64,000 bases of DNA from an uncultured Clostridia bacterium (GTDB lineage Bacteria > Bacillota > Clostridia > Christensenellales > UBA1242). Position 1 is the first letter of the stretch. Every line of letters begins with the position of its first letter. Positions 7,997 through 19,049 of the stretch are shown piece by piece. The notes beneath the pieces are model-generated. The model made no database searches and was not told the DNA's origin. It saw only the letters and a list, made by a program, of their open reading frames with translations. Location of the stretch: the NCBI GenBank assembly GCA_944372465.1, contig CALVZG010000010.1, forward strand, positions 42,411 through 106,410. The letters are read 5' to 3'. The translations under genes and the position numbers were made by a program.

Positions 7997-10477
7997 TTGG
8001 CAAATCAAGGTTTACAAAATTTAAGAAAAATTCATGAATTACAAAAGGAAGGCGAAATTTCTAAAATTTTAAAAGAAATTAGGAATTCAAAATCATTAGT
8101 AGAAAATTTAGGAAATCAAATTGTTAATAGAAAAAAACAAATTGAAAATGAATTAACAATAAAAAAACAAGAAAGTATTTCACAAATTCATGAAGACGAA
8201 AAAGTTGAAAAGGTTGAACAAGTTAAAGTTGAGCCTATCTCTATTGTTGAAAATAAAAATGAAAAAAATGTATATAAAAAATTTGAAAATAAAAATAATC
8301 AAAGTTTAAGACAAAATAATCAACAAAAATTTACAAAAGGCAACTATAATAATAAACCATATAATAAAAATGATAGAGAGAAAAAAGATAATAAACCTTT
8401 TAATAATAGAAACAATCAATCTAAAAAATTTGGTAACAACAATTTTGTTTCTTCCAAAGCCAATAATTATCGCTCTTTTATTGCCAGCGATGTTCCTGAA
8501 ATAGATATTAAATCTGAACGCAACTATGCTAGTAAAGCAAAATACGCTCAAAAAAGAGCAAATAATGAAGAGAGGAAAAATAATCAAACAAAAAGAAGAG
8601 ATGACCAAAGGAAAAATAATATATTTATTGAAGATGAAAATGGTATAGAAGAGGTATCTTTTGGTTCAAGAAAAACTGTAAAAAAGAAAAAAGAAGTTCA
8701 ATCTAAATTAAATCAAGTAGCTATTAAACACGCAGTATTAACTGCAAAAGAAATTACAGTAAAAGATTTTAGCGAAAAGATAGGAAAACCAGTAACGGAA
8801 ATAGTAAAGAAGTTGATGCTTTTAGGGATAATGGCTACAATTAACTCAAATATAGACTATGAAACTGCCGAACTTATTGCTAGTGATTTTGGTATAACTT
8901 TAGAACTTAAAATTGATAAATCTTATGAAGAAAAACTTATAGAATCAGCATCTAGTCATGACGATGAAACAAATTTAATAAAACGACCTCCAATAGTTGC
9001 AGTAATGGGACATGTTGACCATGGTAAGACATCTTTATTAGATGCTTTCCGCAAAACAAATGTAGTTGCTGGAGAAGCGGGAGGAATAACACAAAGTATA
9101 GGTGCTTATCAAATATCATTTAATGGAGAAAAAATAACATTTATTGATACTCCGGGACATGCGGCATTTACACAAATGAGAGCAAGAGGTGCGAAAGCTA
9201 CAGATATTGCTATTTTGGTTGTAGCAGCTGATGATGGTGTTATGCCTCAAACTATAGAAGCAATAAATCATATCAAAGCAGCAAATGTTCCAATTATTGT
9301 TGCAATAAATAAAATGGATAAGCCAGAAGCTAATCCTGAAAGAATAAAACAGCAATTAGCTGAAAATGGAGTACTTCCTGAAGAATGGGGTGGTGATGCA
9401 ATATGCGTTCCAATATCTGCTAAAACAGGAATGGGGCTTGATGAATTAAAACAGACTATTCTTTTAGTAAGTGAGATGCAAGAACTTAAAGCAAATCCCA
9501 ACAAAATGGCTACAGGAGTTGTAATTGAAGCTGAACTTGATAAGAATAGAGGACCGGTTGCTTCAATTATTGTACAAAATGGAACTTTACATGTAGGCGA
9601 CTCTATAATGTCAGGTATAACATATGGTAAAGTGAGAGCTATGTTTAATGATAAAGGTAAATCAATCAAAGACGCAGGGCCTTCTACTCCTGTTGAAATT
9701 TTAGGATTTAATGAGGTTCCATCTTCAGGTGATCAAGTTTATGCTGTTGAGGAATCACTATCAAAACAAGTAATACAAGAAAGAATAGATAAAATTAAAA
9801 AAGAAAGATCATTACATTCGTCTGGTGTAACATTGGATACATTTATGAATAGAGTGCAAGAAGGCAATTTAAAAAATCTAAATATAATTATTAAAGCTGA
9901 TACAATGGGGTCTGTTGAAGCTTTAAAAGCTGCACTTTTGGCAATAAGAAATGAAGAGGCAAAAGTTAATATTATTCATAGTGGTGCTGGAGCTGTAACA
10001 GAAAGTGATGTAATTTTAGCACAAACTACTGGTTCAATAATTATTTGTTTTAACCAAAAACCAGTATCTAAAGCAAAAGTACTATCAGAAAAAGAAAAAA
10101 TTGAGATAAAAGAATATAAGATAATTTATGAAGTTGTCGATGACATTACATCTGCAATAAATGGTATGTTAAGTGTTAAATATCAAGAGGTATATATTGG
10201 TAGTGCTGAAATTCGTATGGTATTTAAACTATCTACAGCCGGTAAAGTAGCAGGAAGTTATATAAGAGATGGAAAAGCTACTAGAAATTGTATTGCGGTT
10301 GTTAAAAGAGGTAATGAAGAAATAGGGAAGACAACAGTTGAATCTTTAAAGATAGTTAAAGATGAAAAAGCAGAAGTCAACAAAGGATATGAATGTGGTA
10401 TAAAATTAAGAGATAATTTTGACTTTAAAGAAGGAGATATAATTGAATTTTATGCAAAAGAAATTGTAAAAAGATAG
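7997..10477 (+). CDS. infB: Translation initiation factor IF-2
   Basis: GTPase motifs [14 protein letters not shown] and NKMD. Long N/K-rich low-complexity N-terminus. TTG start after AAGGAG. Confidence 0.95.
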   Translation: MANQGLQNLRKIHELQKEGEISKILKEIRNSKSLVENLGNQIVNRKKQIENELTIKKQESISQIHEDEKVEKVEQVKVEPISIVENKNEKNVYKKFENKNNQSLRQNNQQKFTKGNYNNKPYNKNDREKKDNKPFNNRNNQSKKFGNNNFVSSKANNYRSFIASDVPEIDIKSERNYASKAKYAQKRANNEERKNNQTKRRDDQRKNNIFIEDENGIEEVSFGSRKTVKKKKEVQSKLNQVAIKHAVLTAKEITVKDFSEKIGKPVTEIVKKLMLLGIMATINSNIDYETAELIASDFGITLELKIDKSYEEKLIESASSHDDETNLIKRPPIVAVMGHVDHGKTSLLDAFRKTNVVAGEAGGITQSIGAYQISFNGEKITFIDTPGHAAFTQMRARGAKATDIAILVVAADDGVMPQTIEAINHIKAANVPIIVAINKMDKPEANPERIKQQLAENGVLPEEWGGDAICVPISAKTGMGLDELKQTILLVSEMQELKANPNKMATGVVIEAELDKNRGPVASIIVQNGTLHVGDSIMSGITYGKVRAMFNDKGKSIKDAGPSTPVEILGFNEVPSSGDQVYAVEESLSKQVIQERIDKIKKERSLHSSGVTLDTFMNRVQEGNLKNLNIIIKADTMGSVEALKAALLAIRNEEAKVNIIHSGAGAVTESDVILAQTTGSIIICFNQKPVSKAKVLSEKEKIEIKEYKIIYEVVDDITSAINGMLSVKYQEVYIGSAEIRMVFKLSTAGKVAGSYIRDGKATRNCIAVVKRGNEEIGKTTVESLKIVKDEKAEVNKGYECGIKLRDNFDFKEGDIIEFYAKEIVKR

Positions 10478-10525
10478 TTTATTTTTAAGATTTATTTTGC
10501 AAAATGACATTAAATTGTTTATAAT

Positions 10526-10550
10526 AAGAGGGAGATTAATAATCCCTCTT
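10526..10550 (+). other. Hairpin between infB and rbfA (possible attenuator or processing site)
   Basis: AAGAGGGA (10526-10533) pairs with TCCCTCTT (10543-10550). It is followed by AAATTTTTTA rather than a clean U-tract. Confidence 0.3.
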
Positions 10551-10573
10551 AAATTTTTTATAAGGAGTGTAAA

Positions 10574-10951
10574 ATGTCTATAAGAATTGAAAGAGCAAAT
10601 AGTCAAATACAAAAAGCAATGGGATTGATTTTACAAAACAAATTAAACAATCCTAATTTAAATCCTATGCTTTATATTAGCGAAGTTAATGTTACACCAG
10701 ATTTTAAATATTGCAAAATTAAAGTTTCCCTTGACAGTGATAACGAAAGTGAACTTGAAAAAAATATTAAAATTTTACAAAATGCTCAAGGTTTTATTAA
10801 ACATGAACTTGCCAAACTCGTAAATATGCCTTCAGTGCCTAAATTAATTTTTGTACTTGATAAAGGGACAAGAGCAACTATTAGAGTTAATGAGATTTTA
10901 AGTAAATTAAATATTCCTAAAGAAGATGGAGATGATAATAATGCTGAATAA
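10574..10951 (+). CDS. rbfA: Ribosome-binding factor A
   Basis: R.ERANSQIQKA...ISEVNVTPDFKYCKIKVS is typical RbfA. AAGGAG SD upstream. Confidence 0.9.
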   Translation: MSIRIERANSQIQKAMGLILQNKLNNPNLNPMLYISEVNVTPDFKYCKIKVSLDSDNESELEKNIKILQNAQGFIKHELAKLVNMPSVPKLIFVLDKGTRATIRVNEILSKLNIPKEDGDDNNAE

Positions 10952-11900
10952 TATGAAAGCGATAATAAGGGCTATAAAAAAAGCAAAAAGTATTGCATTA
11001 TTTACACATATAAGTCCAGATTTTGATGCACTAGGCTCTTCTATTTCCTTATATTATGCTTTAAAACAAAAAGGCAAAAATGTTAATATTTTCATAAATG
11101 ATCAATTAACTGAAGCACAAAAAGAATTAATAGATGAAAATATAATAAAAAGAGAATGTAATTTTAATCAATTTGACTTGTTTATATGTACAGATACCCC
11201 CTCAAAACATAGGTTGGGTGTTTATGGTGATATTTTTATAAATGCTAAAAACAATATTGTTTTAGACCATCATTTGAATGATAAATTGATAGGAAAGTAT
11301 AATTATATTGATTCAAGTCGCAGTTCGTGTAGTGAGATATCATATGAATTAATAAAAAATCTTCATGTGAAATTAACTCCTCAAATTTCCTCGTTATTAT
11401 ATATGGGATTAACGGCTGATACAAATTCTTTTATTAATTCTAATACGAATACAAAATCATTATATATCGCTTATAAATTAGCAAAAGAACAAGCAAATTT
11501 AATTAAAATAAATGAAGTTTTATATAGAAAGAGAACGATTAAAGAAATAGAATTAAAAAAATATTTATGGAATAATTATGTTAAGGAAGATGATATAACA
11601 TATTGTTTAGTTTCATTTGATACTTTAAATAAACTTAACGCAAATAAAAGCGACTGCGATTTTTTTAGTACAGAACTCATATCTTTACAAGGAACAAATA
11701 TTTCTTTCAGTATAATAGAATCTTCCCCAAATTTTTATGAAATATCATTTAGGTCAAAAAGTGGGTATGATGTAAGAAATATAGCCTCAATTTTAGGTGG
11801 TGGAGGGCATGTTTGTGCTGCAGGAGCCAAAGTTCAAGGTAATAAAATAGAGGATATTAAAGACAAAATTTTAGAAATTATAAAACGAGGAAAAGATTAA
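10941..11900 (+). CDS. nrnA: DHH/DHHA1 phosphoesterase (NrnA-like oligoribonuclease/pAp phosphatase)
   Basis: SPDFDALGS, LDHH and GGGGH motifs. Start set at MLNNMKAI, overlapping the rbfA end. Confidence 0.8.
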   Translation: MLNNMKAIIRAIKKAKSIALFTHISPDFDALGSSISLYYALKQKGKNVNIFINDQLTEAQKELIDENIIKRECNFNQFDLFICTDTPSKHRLGVYGDIFINAKNNIVLDHHLNDKLIGKYNYIDSSRSSCSEISYELIKNLHVKLTPQISSLLYMGLTADTNSFINSNTNTKSLYIAYKLAKEQANLIKINEVLYRKRTIKEIELKKYLWNNYVKEDDITYCLVSFDTLNKLNANKSDCDFFSTELISLQGTNISFSIIESSPNFYEISFRSKSGYDVRNIASILGGGGHVCAAGAKVQGNKIEDIKDKILEIIKRGKD

Positions 11901-12752
11901 ATGAATATAAATGGTATAGTCTTAATTAATAAAGAAAGAGGAGTGTCATCAAATTCAGTAGTAAACAAAGTGAAACATTTGTTAAATGCAGATAAAGCTG
12001 GGCATTTAGGCACTTTAGATGTTTTAGGGGAAGGACTATTACCTGTAACTCTTGGAAAAGGTACTAAATTATTTGATTATTTTTTAAATAAAGATAAAAC
12101 TTATAACACGATTTTTAAATTTGGCTATACAACAACCACTCTTGATTTAGAAGGTGAAATAACACAAAAAAATGAAGTAATAGTTAATCAAAAAGACATA
12201 GAACAAATTTTGCCACAATTTATTGGTAGACAAAAGCAAATTCCTCCCATTTATTCAGCAAAGAAGATAAACGGGAAGAAAGCTTACCAGCTTGCAAGAG
12301 AGGGAAATTTAAAAATTAATTTAAAACCAAAAATTATTGAAATTTATGAAATTAAACTTTTAAAACAAATTGATATCAATACATTCGAATTTGAAATACA
12401 TTGCTCAAGCGGAACATATATAAGGTCTGTTTGTAGAGATATGGGGAATAAATTATCTACATATGGTGTTATGTTAAGCATAAATCGTACAAAATGCGGT
12501 GATTTCAATTTAAAAGATGCTTATAAAATTGAAGATATAAAAAACAACCATTTTAAAATAATAAGTCTTGATAGTGTATTTGATTACACAAAAATTCAGT
12601 TATCAGAAAATCAGTCATTAAAATTATTAAATGGAATGAATATTGAAATAAATCTTAATGATGGTCTTTATAAGGTTTATCAAAATAACACATTTTTAGG
12701 AATAGGTGAAATAAGACAAAATCATCTTAAGTTAAAATTGCGTTTATTTTAA
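11901..12752 (+). CDS. truB: tRNA pseudouridine-55 synthase
   Basis: KAGHLGTLDVLGEGLLPV catalytic-Asp motif. Synteny supports the call. Confidence 0.95.
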   Translation: MNINGIVLINKERGVSSNSVVNKVKHLLNADKAGHLGTLDVLGEGLLPVTLGKGTKLFDYFLNKDKTYNTIFKFGYTTTTLDLEGEITQKNEVIVNQKDIEQILPQFIGRQKQIPPIYSAKKINGKKAYQLAREGNLKINLKPKIIEIYEIKLLKQIDINTFEFEIHCSSGTYIRSVCRDMGNKLSTYGVMLSINRTKCGDFNLKDAYKIEDIKNNHFKIISLDSVFDYTKIQLSENQSLKLLNGMNIEINLNDGLYKVYQNNTFLGIGEIRQNHLKLKLRLF

Positions 12753-13020
12753 ATGTAAATAATGTATTAAATAAAATATTTTTAATTTAAGGTATAGTAT
12801 CTTAAATAGGATTAGAGTTAATAAATATGAGGGAAATTATCTCTTTTTAAGTTCTCTAATTAACAAAATATATGAAAAGATTTGAGATAAAATTGTTAAT
12901 CAAATTAAGTTTATTAACTTACAAATTTAATTTTAAATTTTTCAAATAAAATTAAAACTAACCAAATACTAGAGTTTATAAATTACTTAAGTTCAATTAT
13001 AATTAAAGGAGAAGATTATT

Positions 13021-13890
13021 ATGGTTTTATTTGGTCCGTCAGGTTGTGGTAAAGAATTCTATGATGAAGGACATAAGTCTATTTTGGAAGTCCCTCAATG
13101 GCTTAAAGAATATGGTCTAGATGCTTATGAATATTCTTTTGGACATGGTTATCAAATGTCTAGCGAACTTGCTGTTAAAGCTGGAGAATTATTTAAAATT
13201 AATGACATAAAAGTTTCATTGCATGCCCCTTTTTACATAAATTTTGCTAATCCTAGCGAAGAAATGTATATGAAAACTCAAGGCTATATTTATACAGGAA
13301 TAAAATTTTTAAGAGCTTTTCAAGCAGATAAGTTGGTTTTTCATCCAGCTTCTTGCGGCAAATTAAACAGAAAAGATGCTCTTGATTTAACAAAGAAAAG
13401 ATTTGAAGAAACATTTAATAAATTAGATAGTGAAGGACTTCTTGATGGCTTGTTTCTTTGTCCAGAAACAATGGGAAAATCAATGCAAATAGGGACTTAT
13501 AATGAAGTAATAGATTTATGCAAAGTAAATTCTCATTTAGTTCCGACTTTTGATTTTGGGCATATTAACTCAATAGAACAAGGCGCTTTAAAAAATAAAG
13601 ATAGTTTTAAGAGAATTTTAGATTATAGCATAGAAAATTTAGGATTTGATAAAACTAATAATTGTCATATTCATTTTTCTAAAATACAATATGGTTTAAA
13701 AGGGGAAATTAAACATCTAAATTATGATGACCAAATGTATGGTCCAGAATTTGATTCTTTGGCTGAAGTTTTGATAGATTATAATTTATCACCTAGAGTT
13801 ATATGTGAATCTATGGACCAAATGCCTCATGATGCTTTAATTATGAAAAAAATTTATCATAAAATACTAGACAAAAAGATAAAATTGTGA
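13021..13890 (+). CDS. Xylose-isomerase-like TIM-barrel protein (endonuclease IV/AP endonuclease 2 family-like)
   Basis: FGPSG...YEYSFGHG, SLHAPFYINFANPS and LVFHPAS match the pattern of Nfo-like TIM barrels. AAAGGAG SD upstream. Confidence 0.6.
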   Translation: MVLFGPSGCGKEFYDEGHKSILEVPQWLKEYGLDAYEYSFGHGYQMSSELAVKAGELFKINDIKVSLHAPFYINFANPSEEMYMKTQGYIYTGIKFLRAFQADKLVFHPASCGKLNRKDALDLTKKRFEETFNKLDSEGLLDGLFLCPETMGKSMQIGTYNEVIDLCKVNSHLVPTFDFGHINSIEQGALKNKDSFKRILDYSIENLGFDKTNNCHIHFSKIQYGLKGEIKHLNYDDQMYGPEFDSLAEVLIDYNLSPRVICESMDQMPHDALIMKKIYHKILDKKIKL

Positions 13891-13924
13891 TATTATATAG
13901 AATATTACTTTAAAGGAGAATTAT

Positions 13925-14485
13925 ATGGTATTTGCTGGAGATTTTAGAAAAGGAACAACTTTTGAATGGGATGGAGCAGTTTATTCGGTAGTAGAATTTT
14001 TACATGTTAAACCGGGTAAGGGTTCACCATTTGTAAGAGCAAAATTAAAAAATGTTATGACAGGACAAGTAAAAGAAACTACTTTCAATCCATCAGATAA
14101 ATTTCAGATTGCAGTTATTGAGAAAAAGGAAATGACTTATCTTTATAATGATGGTGAAATATACTATTTTATGGATACAGAAACTTATGACCAAATACCT
14201 TTAAATAGGGATAGTGTTGAAGATGCACTTAATTTTGTTAAAGAAAACGAAAATTGTACAATGTATTTTTATAAAGGAAATCCATTTGCAGTATATGCTC
14301 CAAATTTTGTAGAACTTGAAGTTATAGATTGTGAACCGGGATTACAGGGAGATACATCTAAATCTACAACAAAACCAGCAAAAGTTGAAACTGGTTATGT
14401 TCTTAATGTTCCTTTGTTTATTAATATAGGAGATAAAATAAGAATTGATACTCGTGATGGAAGCTATATGGAAAGAGTTAAATAA
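13925..14485 (+). CDS. efp: Elongation factor P
   Basis: [17 protein letters not shown] loop with the conserved modified Lys. 186 aa. Confidence 0.95.
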   Translation: MVFAGDFRKGTTFEWDGAVYSVVEFLHVKPGKGSPFVRAKLKNVMTGQVKETTFNPSDKFQIAVIEKKEMTYLYNDGEIYYFMDTETYDQIPLNRDSVEDALNFVKENENCTMYFYKGNPFAVYAPNFVELEVIDCEPGLQGDTSKSTTKPAKVETGYVLNVPLFINIGDKIRIDTRDGSYMERVK

Positions 14486-14512
14486 AAATTTTTCATAATA
14501 ATTTAAATAGAT

Positions 14513-14546
14513 AAAGAGCAAAAGGTTTATACTTTGCTCTTTTTTG
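14513..14546 (+). terminator. Rho-independent terminator after efp
   Basis: AAAGAGCAAA pairs with TTTGCTCTTT and is followed by a T-run. Confidence 0.7.
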
Positions 14547-14757
14547 ATAAATAAAAAACATTGGTTTTATCCGTAAATTTTTATTATAAACATTATAAAA
14601 TGAAAAGGATTAATTTTAACTTATTAAAATAAAACCATTTTTTTAATACTTATTATTTTCTTATTATTAAATGTACAAAAGTATATTTTTTTGACTATAT
14701 TTGTCAATATTGTATTGAATAATTTTTTCTACCATACATTACAACAGGGAGAAATAT

Positions 14758-15663
14758 ATGTTAGAAAAAATATTGCCTGATGAAATATACAATGTCCTTG
14801 AAAACAAAGTAAATTTTAATTCTATAAATGAAATAAGGATTAGAGAAGATAAACCTATTGTTTTACTTATTGGTTGTCAAAGAACATTTTTAAGTAATTA
14901 TGGGACAACCTCAAATTTAAAAGATGCAATTATTGCTAGCAAGATAATGATTGAAGATATAATATTTAGAGCAAGTGAATGTTCAATTTATTCAGTTAAC
15001 GAACAAATAAAAAAAGGGTTTTTAGTTACAAAAGGCGGTATTAGAATAGGAATAGGTGGGGATTTAATAGAAGAAAATGGGAAAATAAAAACAATGACTA
15101 ATTTTTCTAGTATTAACATTAGAATACCTCACGAAATAAAAAATTGTTCATTATCTGCTTTTGATTATCTTGTAAATGAAAACAATGTTTATAACACATT
15201 AATTTTGTCGCCACCTGGTGCTGGTAAGACTACTTTTTTACGCGATTTTATATGTCAATTATCTGAAAGAAACTATGCTTATAATGTTTTAGTTTTAGAT
15301 GAAAGAGGAGAACTTGATATAGGGAGAAAAGGTTGTCTTGGGAATTTCACTGATAAAATATCATTTGCTAAAAAGACAATAGGTTTTGAAAATGGTATTC
15401 GCTCATTAAGTCCCAATATTATTGTTACTGATGAACTAGGGCAAGAAGAGGATATAGATGCTGTTAATTATGCTATTAATTGCGGAGTTACAGTATTTGC
15501 TTCTATTCATTGTGAAAGCATAGAAAGTTTATTAAAAAAGCCTAACTTTGAGAAAATTATAAAAAATAAATTATTTGAGCGTTATGTTCTATTATCAGCA
15601 AGAAATGGTCCCGGTACATTAGAAGGAATTTATAATGAAAATTTTTCAAGAGTGAGGATATAA
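14758..15663 (+). CDS. spoIIIAA: Stage III sporulation protein AA (ATPase)
   Basis: Walker A SPPGAGKTT and Walker B VLVLDE. First gene of an 8-gene cluster with SpoIIIA-like sizes and topologies. Confidence 0.85.
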   Translation: MLEKILPDEIYNVLENKVNFNSINEIRIREDKPIVLLIGCQRTFLSNYGTTSNLKDAIIASKIMIEDIIFRASECSIYSVNEQIKKGFLVTKGGIRIGIGGDLIEENGKIKTMTNFSSINIRIPHEIKNCSLSAFDYLVNENNVYNTLILSPPGAGKTTFLRDFICQLSERNYAYNVLVLDERGELDIGRKGCLGNFTDKISFAKKTIGFENGIRSLSPNIIVTDELGQEEDIDAVNYAINCGVTVFASIHCESIESLLKKPNFEKIIKNKLFERYVLLSARNGPGTLEGIYNENFSRVRI

Positions 15664-15667
15664 AATT

Positions 15668-16162
15668 ATGAAATATATATTTTTAGTTTTATTAGTTTGT
15701 ATGACTTCTTTCATTGGTTATATATTTTCAAAAAAATATAAAATAAGAGCAAATTTTTTCGAATCATTATTATATCTTTGTCAAAAGTTTGATATTGAAA
15801 TTAATTTTTCTCGTGAAAGATTAAAAAATATATTTTTAAATTTAGACGAAAAAAATAAAATTAATTTAAAAGGAATTGATAAAAATTTTATATCTTATAT
15901 TAATGGAGAAACAACTTTAGAAAAAGATAATCTTTTTAAAGGTATTAATTTTTTAAAAGATGATGAAAAAGATTTAATTTTTACATTTTTTAAATCATTA
16001 GGGAGAAGCGATGTAGATAGCCAATCTAAAGAAATAAAAAATTTTCAAGCAAGATTTGACGGAATATCAAATCAAGTTAATAGTGAAAATAAGAAGTATG
16101 GTAAATTATTTTTAAAACTTGGCATTATTGCTGGACTATTATTAGTAGTTATATTTATATAG
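15668..16162 (+). CDS. spoIIIAB: Stage III sporulation protein AB
   Basis: 164 aa with N- and C-terminal TM helices around a soluble helical domain. Position in the operon supports the call. Confidence 0.75.
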   Translation: MKYIFLVLLVCMTSFIGYIFSKKYKIRANFFESLLYLCQKFDIEINFSRERLKNIFLNLDEKNKINLKGIDKNFISYINGETTLEKDNLFKGINFLKDDEKDLIFTFFKSLGRSDVDSQSKEIKNFQARFDGISNQVNSENKKYGKLFLKLGIIAGLLLVVIFI

Positions 16163-16169
16163 GTGTAAT

Positions 16170-16364
16170 ATGGGAATAGAAATTATTTTTAAAATAGCAG
16201 CAATAGGTCTTTTGACTGCTGTAATAGGTCAAATATTAAAACAAATGGGCAAAGACGAAATTGCGACTTTTGCAACACTTGCAGGACTTATCATAGTTTT
16301 AATAATGGTTCTTAATTTAATTGGGGATTTATTTACGACATTACGAACAATATTTAATTTTTAG
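16170..16364 (+). CDS. spoIIIAC: Stage III sporulation protein AC
   Basis: 64-aa two-TM protein (IFKIAAIGLLTAV...), paralogous to the next gene. Confidence 0.8.
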   Translation: MGIEIIFKIAAIGLLTAVIGQILKQMGKDEIATFATLAGLIIVLIMVLNLIGDLFTTLRTIFNF

Positions 16365-16371
16365 GAGCTAA

Positions 16372-16764
16372 ATGGAAGTTATTTTTAAAATTATAGCAGT
16401 AGGCTTAATTACTTGTTTAGCAACAATGATAATTAAACCTATTCGTTCAGATTTTGCAGTAATTATAGCAATCGTTGGCGGAATGATAATTATTTTTATG
16501 GTTATCAATTATTTATCATCAGTTTTTGAAACTTTTAGAGAAATAATTGGTATAACGGGTTTAAATTCAAGCCTTTATACATTGCTATTAAAAATAATTG
16601 GTATAGGATATTTAGTAGAATTTACAGCAGGTATATGCAGTGATACAGGCAACTCAAGTTTAGGCGACAAAGTTTTATTGGGAGGGAAAATAATAATATT
16701 AGTTATGGCACTTCCAATTATAACTGATATATTACAGATTATTATGGAGTTGTTGCCATCATGA
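16372..16764 (+). CDS. spoIIIAD: Stage III sporulation protein AD
   Basis: 130-aa polytopic protein whose N-terminus (IFKIIAVGLITCL) is similar to AC. Confidence 0.8.
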   Translation: MEVIFKIIAVGLITCLATMIIKPIRSDFAVIIAIVGGMIIIFMVINYLSSVFETFREIIGITGLNSSLYTLLLKIIGIGYLVEFTAGICSDTGNSSLGDKVLLGGKIIILVMALPIITDILQIIMELLPS

Positions 16765-17999
16765 AATTTGTGAGAAATAATAAATCATTTAAAGTAATTT
16801 TTATTGTCTTAATTATATTATTTTTAATATTCTGTCCAACAATAGGCAGAAATACAAATATAGTAAATGCTGAAATTACAGAGGATATTGAAAGTGAAGA
16901 AAATGAAGATATAGAGCAAGCAATTGAAGATGAGGTTGATAGTCAACTATCTAATCTCGACTTTTCTTCACTTGAAGAAATATTGCAAGCACTGACAGAT
17001 GGAGAACTTTCAATTTTTGGTGGAAGCAGTTTTTATGATAAGGTTGAAGCTTTAATTAAGGGCAATTTTGAAGATGGAACAAGTTTATGGTCGGCTATTT
17101 TATCTATTTTTTTTGAAAATTTATTAGCACTTCTTCCAATTATATCCATAATAATAGCAGTATCTTTAATAGGAAGTATGTTACAAGGATTAAAACCATA
17201 CAACAATGGAAAATCAATGTCTAATATAATCCACTTCGTAACATATGGAATTATTGTCGTTCTTGTCTTATCAATAACAGTCAAAATGGTGAGTTTAACA
17301 ACAAATACAATCCAATCAATGAAATCGCAAATGGACGCAATTTTCCCATTACTTTTAACTCTTTTAACAGCTATTGGCGGGACAGTTTCTACATCAGTTT
17401 ATCAACCGGCTATGGCATTACTTTCAGGGACAATACTCAATTTATTTACCTATGTCCTATTGCCTATATTTATTTTTTCAGTTGTTTTTAATGTTGTTTC
17501 AAATCTCTCTAATAGCGTAAAACTTGACAAATTCACATCTTTCTTTAATAGTTCTTATAAATGGCTTACAGGATTAATATTTACAATTTTTACAGCATTT
17601 TTATCTATACAAGGTATTACTGCTGGTTCGATTGACGGCATATCTATAAGGACGGCAAAATATGCTATCAAATCATATATACCAATACTTGGTTCTTATA
17701 TAAGTGATGGAATGGGACTAATATTATTATCATCAAATTTGATTAAAAACGCAGTGGGAGCAACAGGATTATTTTTACTATTAGCTACAATTTTATCTCC
17801 ACTTATTGAACTCATTCTTTTTATGTTAGCCTTAAAACTAATAGCAGGTATTATAGAGCCATTAGGAAACAAACAAATAGCAAACTTCATATCCTCATTA
17901 TCCAAAAGTATGGTTTTATTAATTGCTCTTATTATTGGAATAGCATTTATATATTTTATAATGCTAGGACTAATAATGTGCTCTGCAAATATAGTTTAA
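16761..17999 (+). CDS. spoIIIAE: Stage III sporulation protein AE
   Basis: Signal peptide, an acidic segment, then about 7 TM helices. 412 aa. Overlaps AD by 4 nt. Confidence 0.8.
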   Translation: MKFVRNNKSFKVIFIVLIILFLIFCPTIGRNTNIVNAEITEDIESEENEDIEQAIEDEVDSQLSNLDFSSLEEILQALTDGELSIFGGSSFYDKVEALIKGNFEDGTSLWSAILSIFFENLLALLPIISIIIAVSLIGSMLQGLKPYNNGKSMSNIIHFVTYGIIVVLVLSITVKMVSLTTNTIQSMKSQMDAIFPLLLTLLTAIGGTVSTSVYQPAMALLSGTILNLFTYVLLPIFIFSVVFNVVSNLSNSVKLDKFTSFFNSSYKWLTGLIFTIFTAFLSIQGITAGSIDGISIRTAKYAIKSYIPILGSYISDGMGLILLSSNLIKNAVGATGLFLLLATILSPLIELILFMLALKLIAGIIEPLGNKQIANFISSLSKSMVLLIALIIGIAFIYFIMLGLIMCSANIV

Positions 18000-18008
18000 G
18001 GAGGGTTT

Positions 18009-18509
18009 ATGCTAAATGATTTATCTACATGGATTATATCAATAGCTGGTGTAATATGTCTTTCAGTAATAGTCGAGCTTGTTTTACCAGAAGGGCAAAT
18101 GAATAAATACATTAAAGGTACTTTTTCTTTCATCATAATATTCGTGATTATCATGCCAATACCTAGTTTATTGGGAAAAGAACTTGATTTTTCTAATATT
18201 TTTGATTACGAAGAAATACAAGTGGATGAAGATTATATATACCAACTAAATTTAGATAAAATAAACTCGATAAAATATGAAATAGAAGAAGATATACAAA
18301 AACATGGGTATCTAAATGTTTCTATTTATATAAGTTGCGATATCTTTGACAATGCAATGCAATTTAAGTCTATTCTTGTCGATTTAACAAATTTAGTAAT
18401 AAGTGAAAATGCAGAGCATAACAATATAACAAAGATTAAGCAAGACATCACTGCAATAATATGTAGTTATGTTACTATTGACGAGGAGGCAATTCTATAT
18501 GATAGATGA
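18009..18509 (+). CDS. spoIIIAF: Stage III sporulation protein AF
   Basis: Two N-terminal TM helices plus a soluble ring-building-like domain. Size and order support the call. Confidence 0.7.
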   Translation: MLNDLSTWIISIAGVICLSVIVELVLPEGQMNKYIKGTFSFIIIFVIIMPIPSLLGKELDFSNIFDYEEIQVDEDYIYQLNLDKINSIKYEIEEDIQKHGYLNVSIYISCDIFDNAMQFKSILVDLTNLVISENAEHNNITKIKQDITAIICSYVTIDEEAILYDR

Positions 18510-19038
18510 TTTTAAACAAAAATTTAAATCTCTATATGAACGCATTAAAAAAGTTAAGCACATAGAAATTTATTTAGCAGTTGGACTAGCCTTATTACTT
18601 GCTATTATATATTTTGTCTCGCTTAGTCCATCAACCAATGATAAGACTTCGACAGAAAATGACAATATTACCACAAACTTTTCTTCATCTCAGGAATATA
18701 CAAGTTATCTAGAGAATAAACTTGAAAATGTACTAGCAAAAGTAAAAGATGTAGGATATGTTGATGTTTTAATTACATTAGAAAAAGGTTTTGAATATAT
18801 CTATGTTACAGAAGAAGAAACACGGACAACCTCAAATGGTACAACCGTAACGACAACGACTGTAGTAATGGTTGACGGTAAACCTATACTTGAAGAAGAA
18901 ATCTATCCAGTAATTAGTGGAATAGTAGTAGTTGCAGAAGGAGCAAGTGATATTTCGGTAAAACTAAATATTATTTCATTAATTCAAACGGTGATAGAAA
19001 TTGATAGTTCAAAGATAAATATTATAGAAGGTAAATAA
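18499..19038 (+). CDS. spoIIIAG: Stage III sporulation protein AG
   Basis: Start refined to MIDDFKQKF after GAGGAGG. One TM helix followed by a ring-forming domain (VDVLITLEKG...ISGIVVVAEGA). Confidence 0.75.
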   Translation: MIDDFKQKFKSLYERIKKVKHIEIYLAVGLALLLAIIYFVSLSPSTNDKTSTENDNITTNFSSSQEYTSYLENKLENVLAKVKDVGYVDVLITLEKGFEYIYVTEEETRTTSNGTTVTTTTVVMVDGKPILEEEIYPVISGIVVVAEGASDISVKLNIISLIQTVIEIDSSKINIIEGK

Positions 19039-19049
19039 AAGGAGAGTTT

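Noticed and set aside
9268-9669. 133-aa minus-strand ORF (and 8306..8608, 9116..9355)
   Set aside because: These are antisense to the conserved IF-2 GTPase domain.
12753-13020. 268-bp intergenic region after truB, examined for a riboswitch or leader
   Set aside because: Only weak AT-rich inverted repeats were found (TTAGAG/CTCTAA, TTAACAA/TTGTTAA). No conserved riboswitch core motif was recognised.
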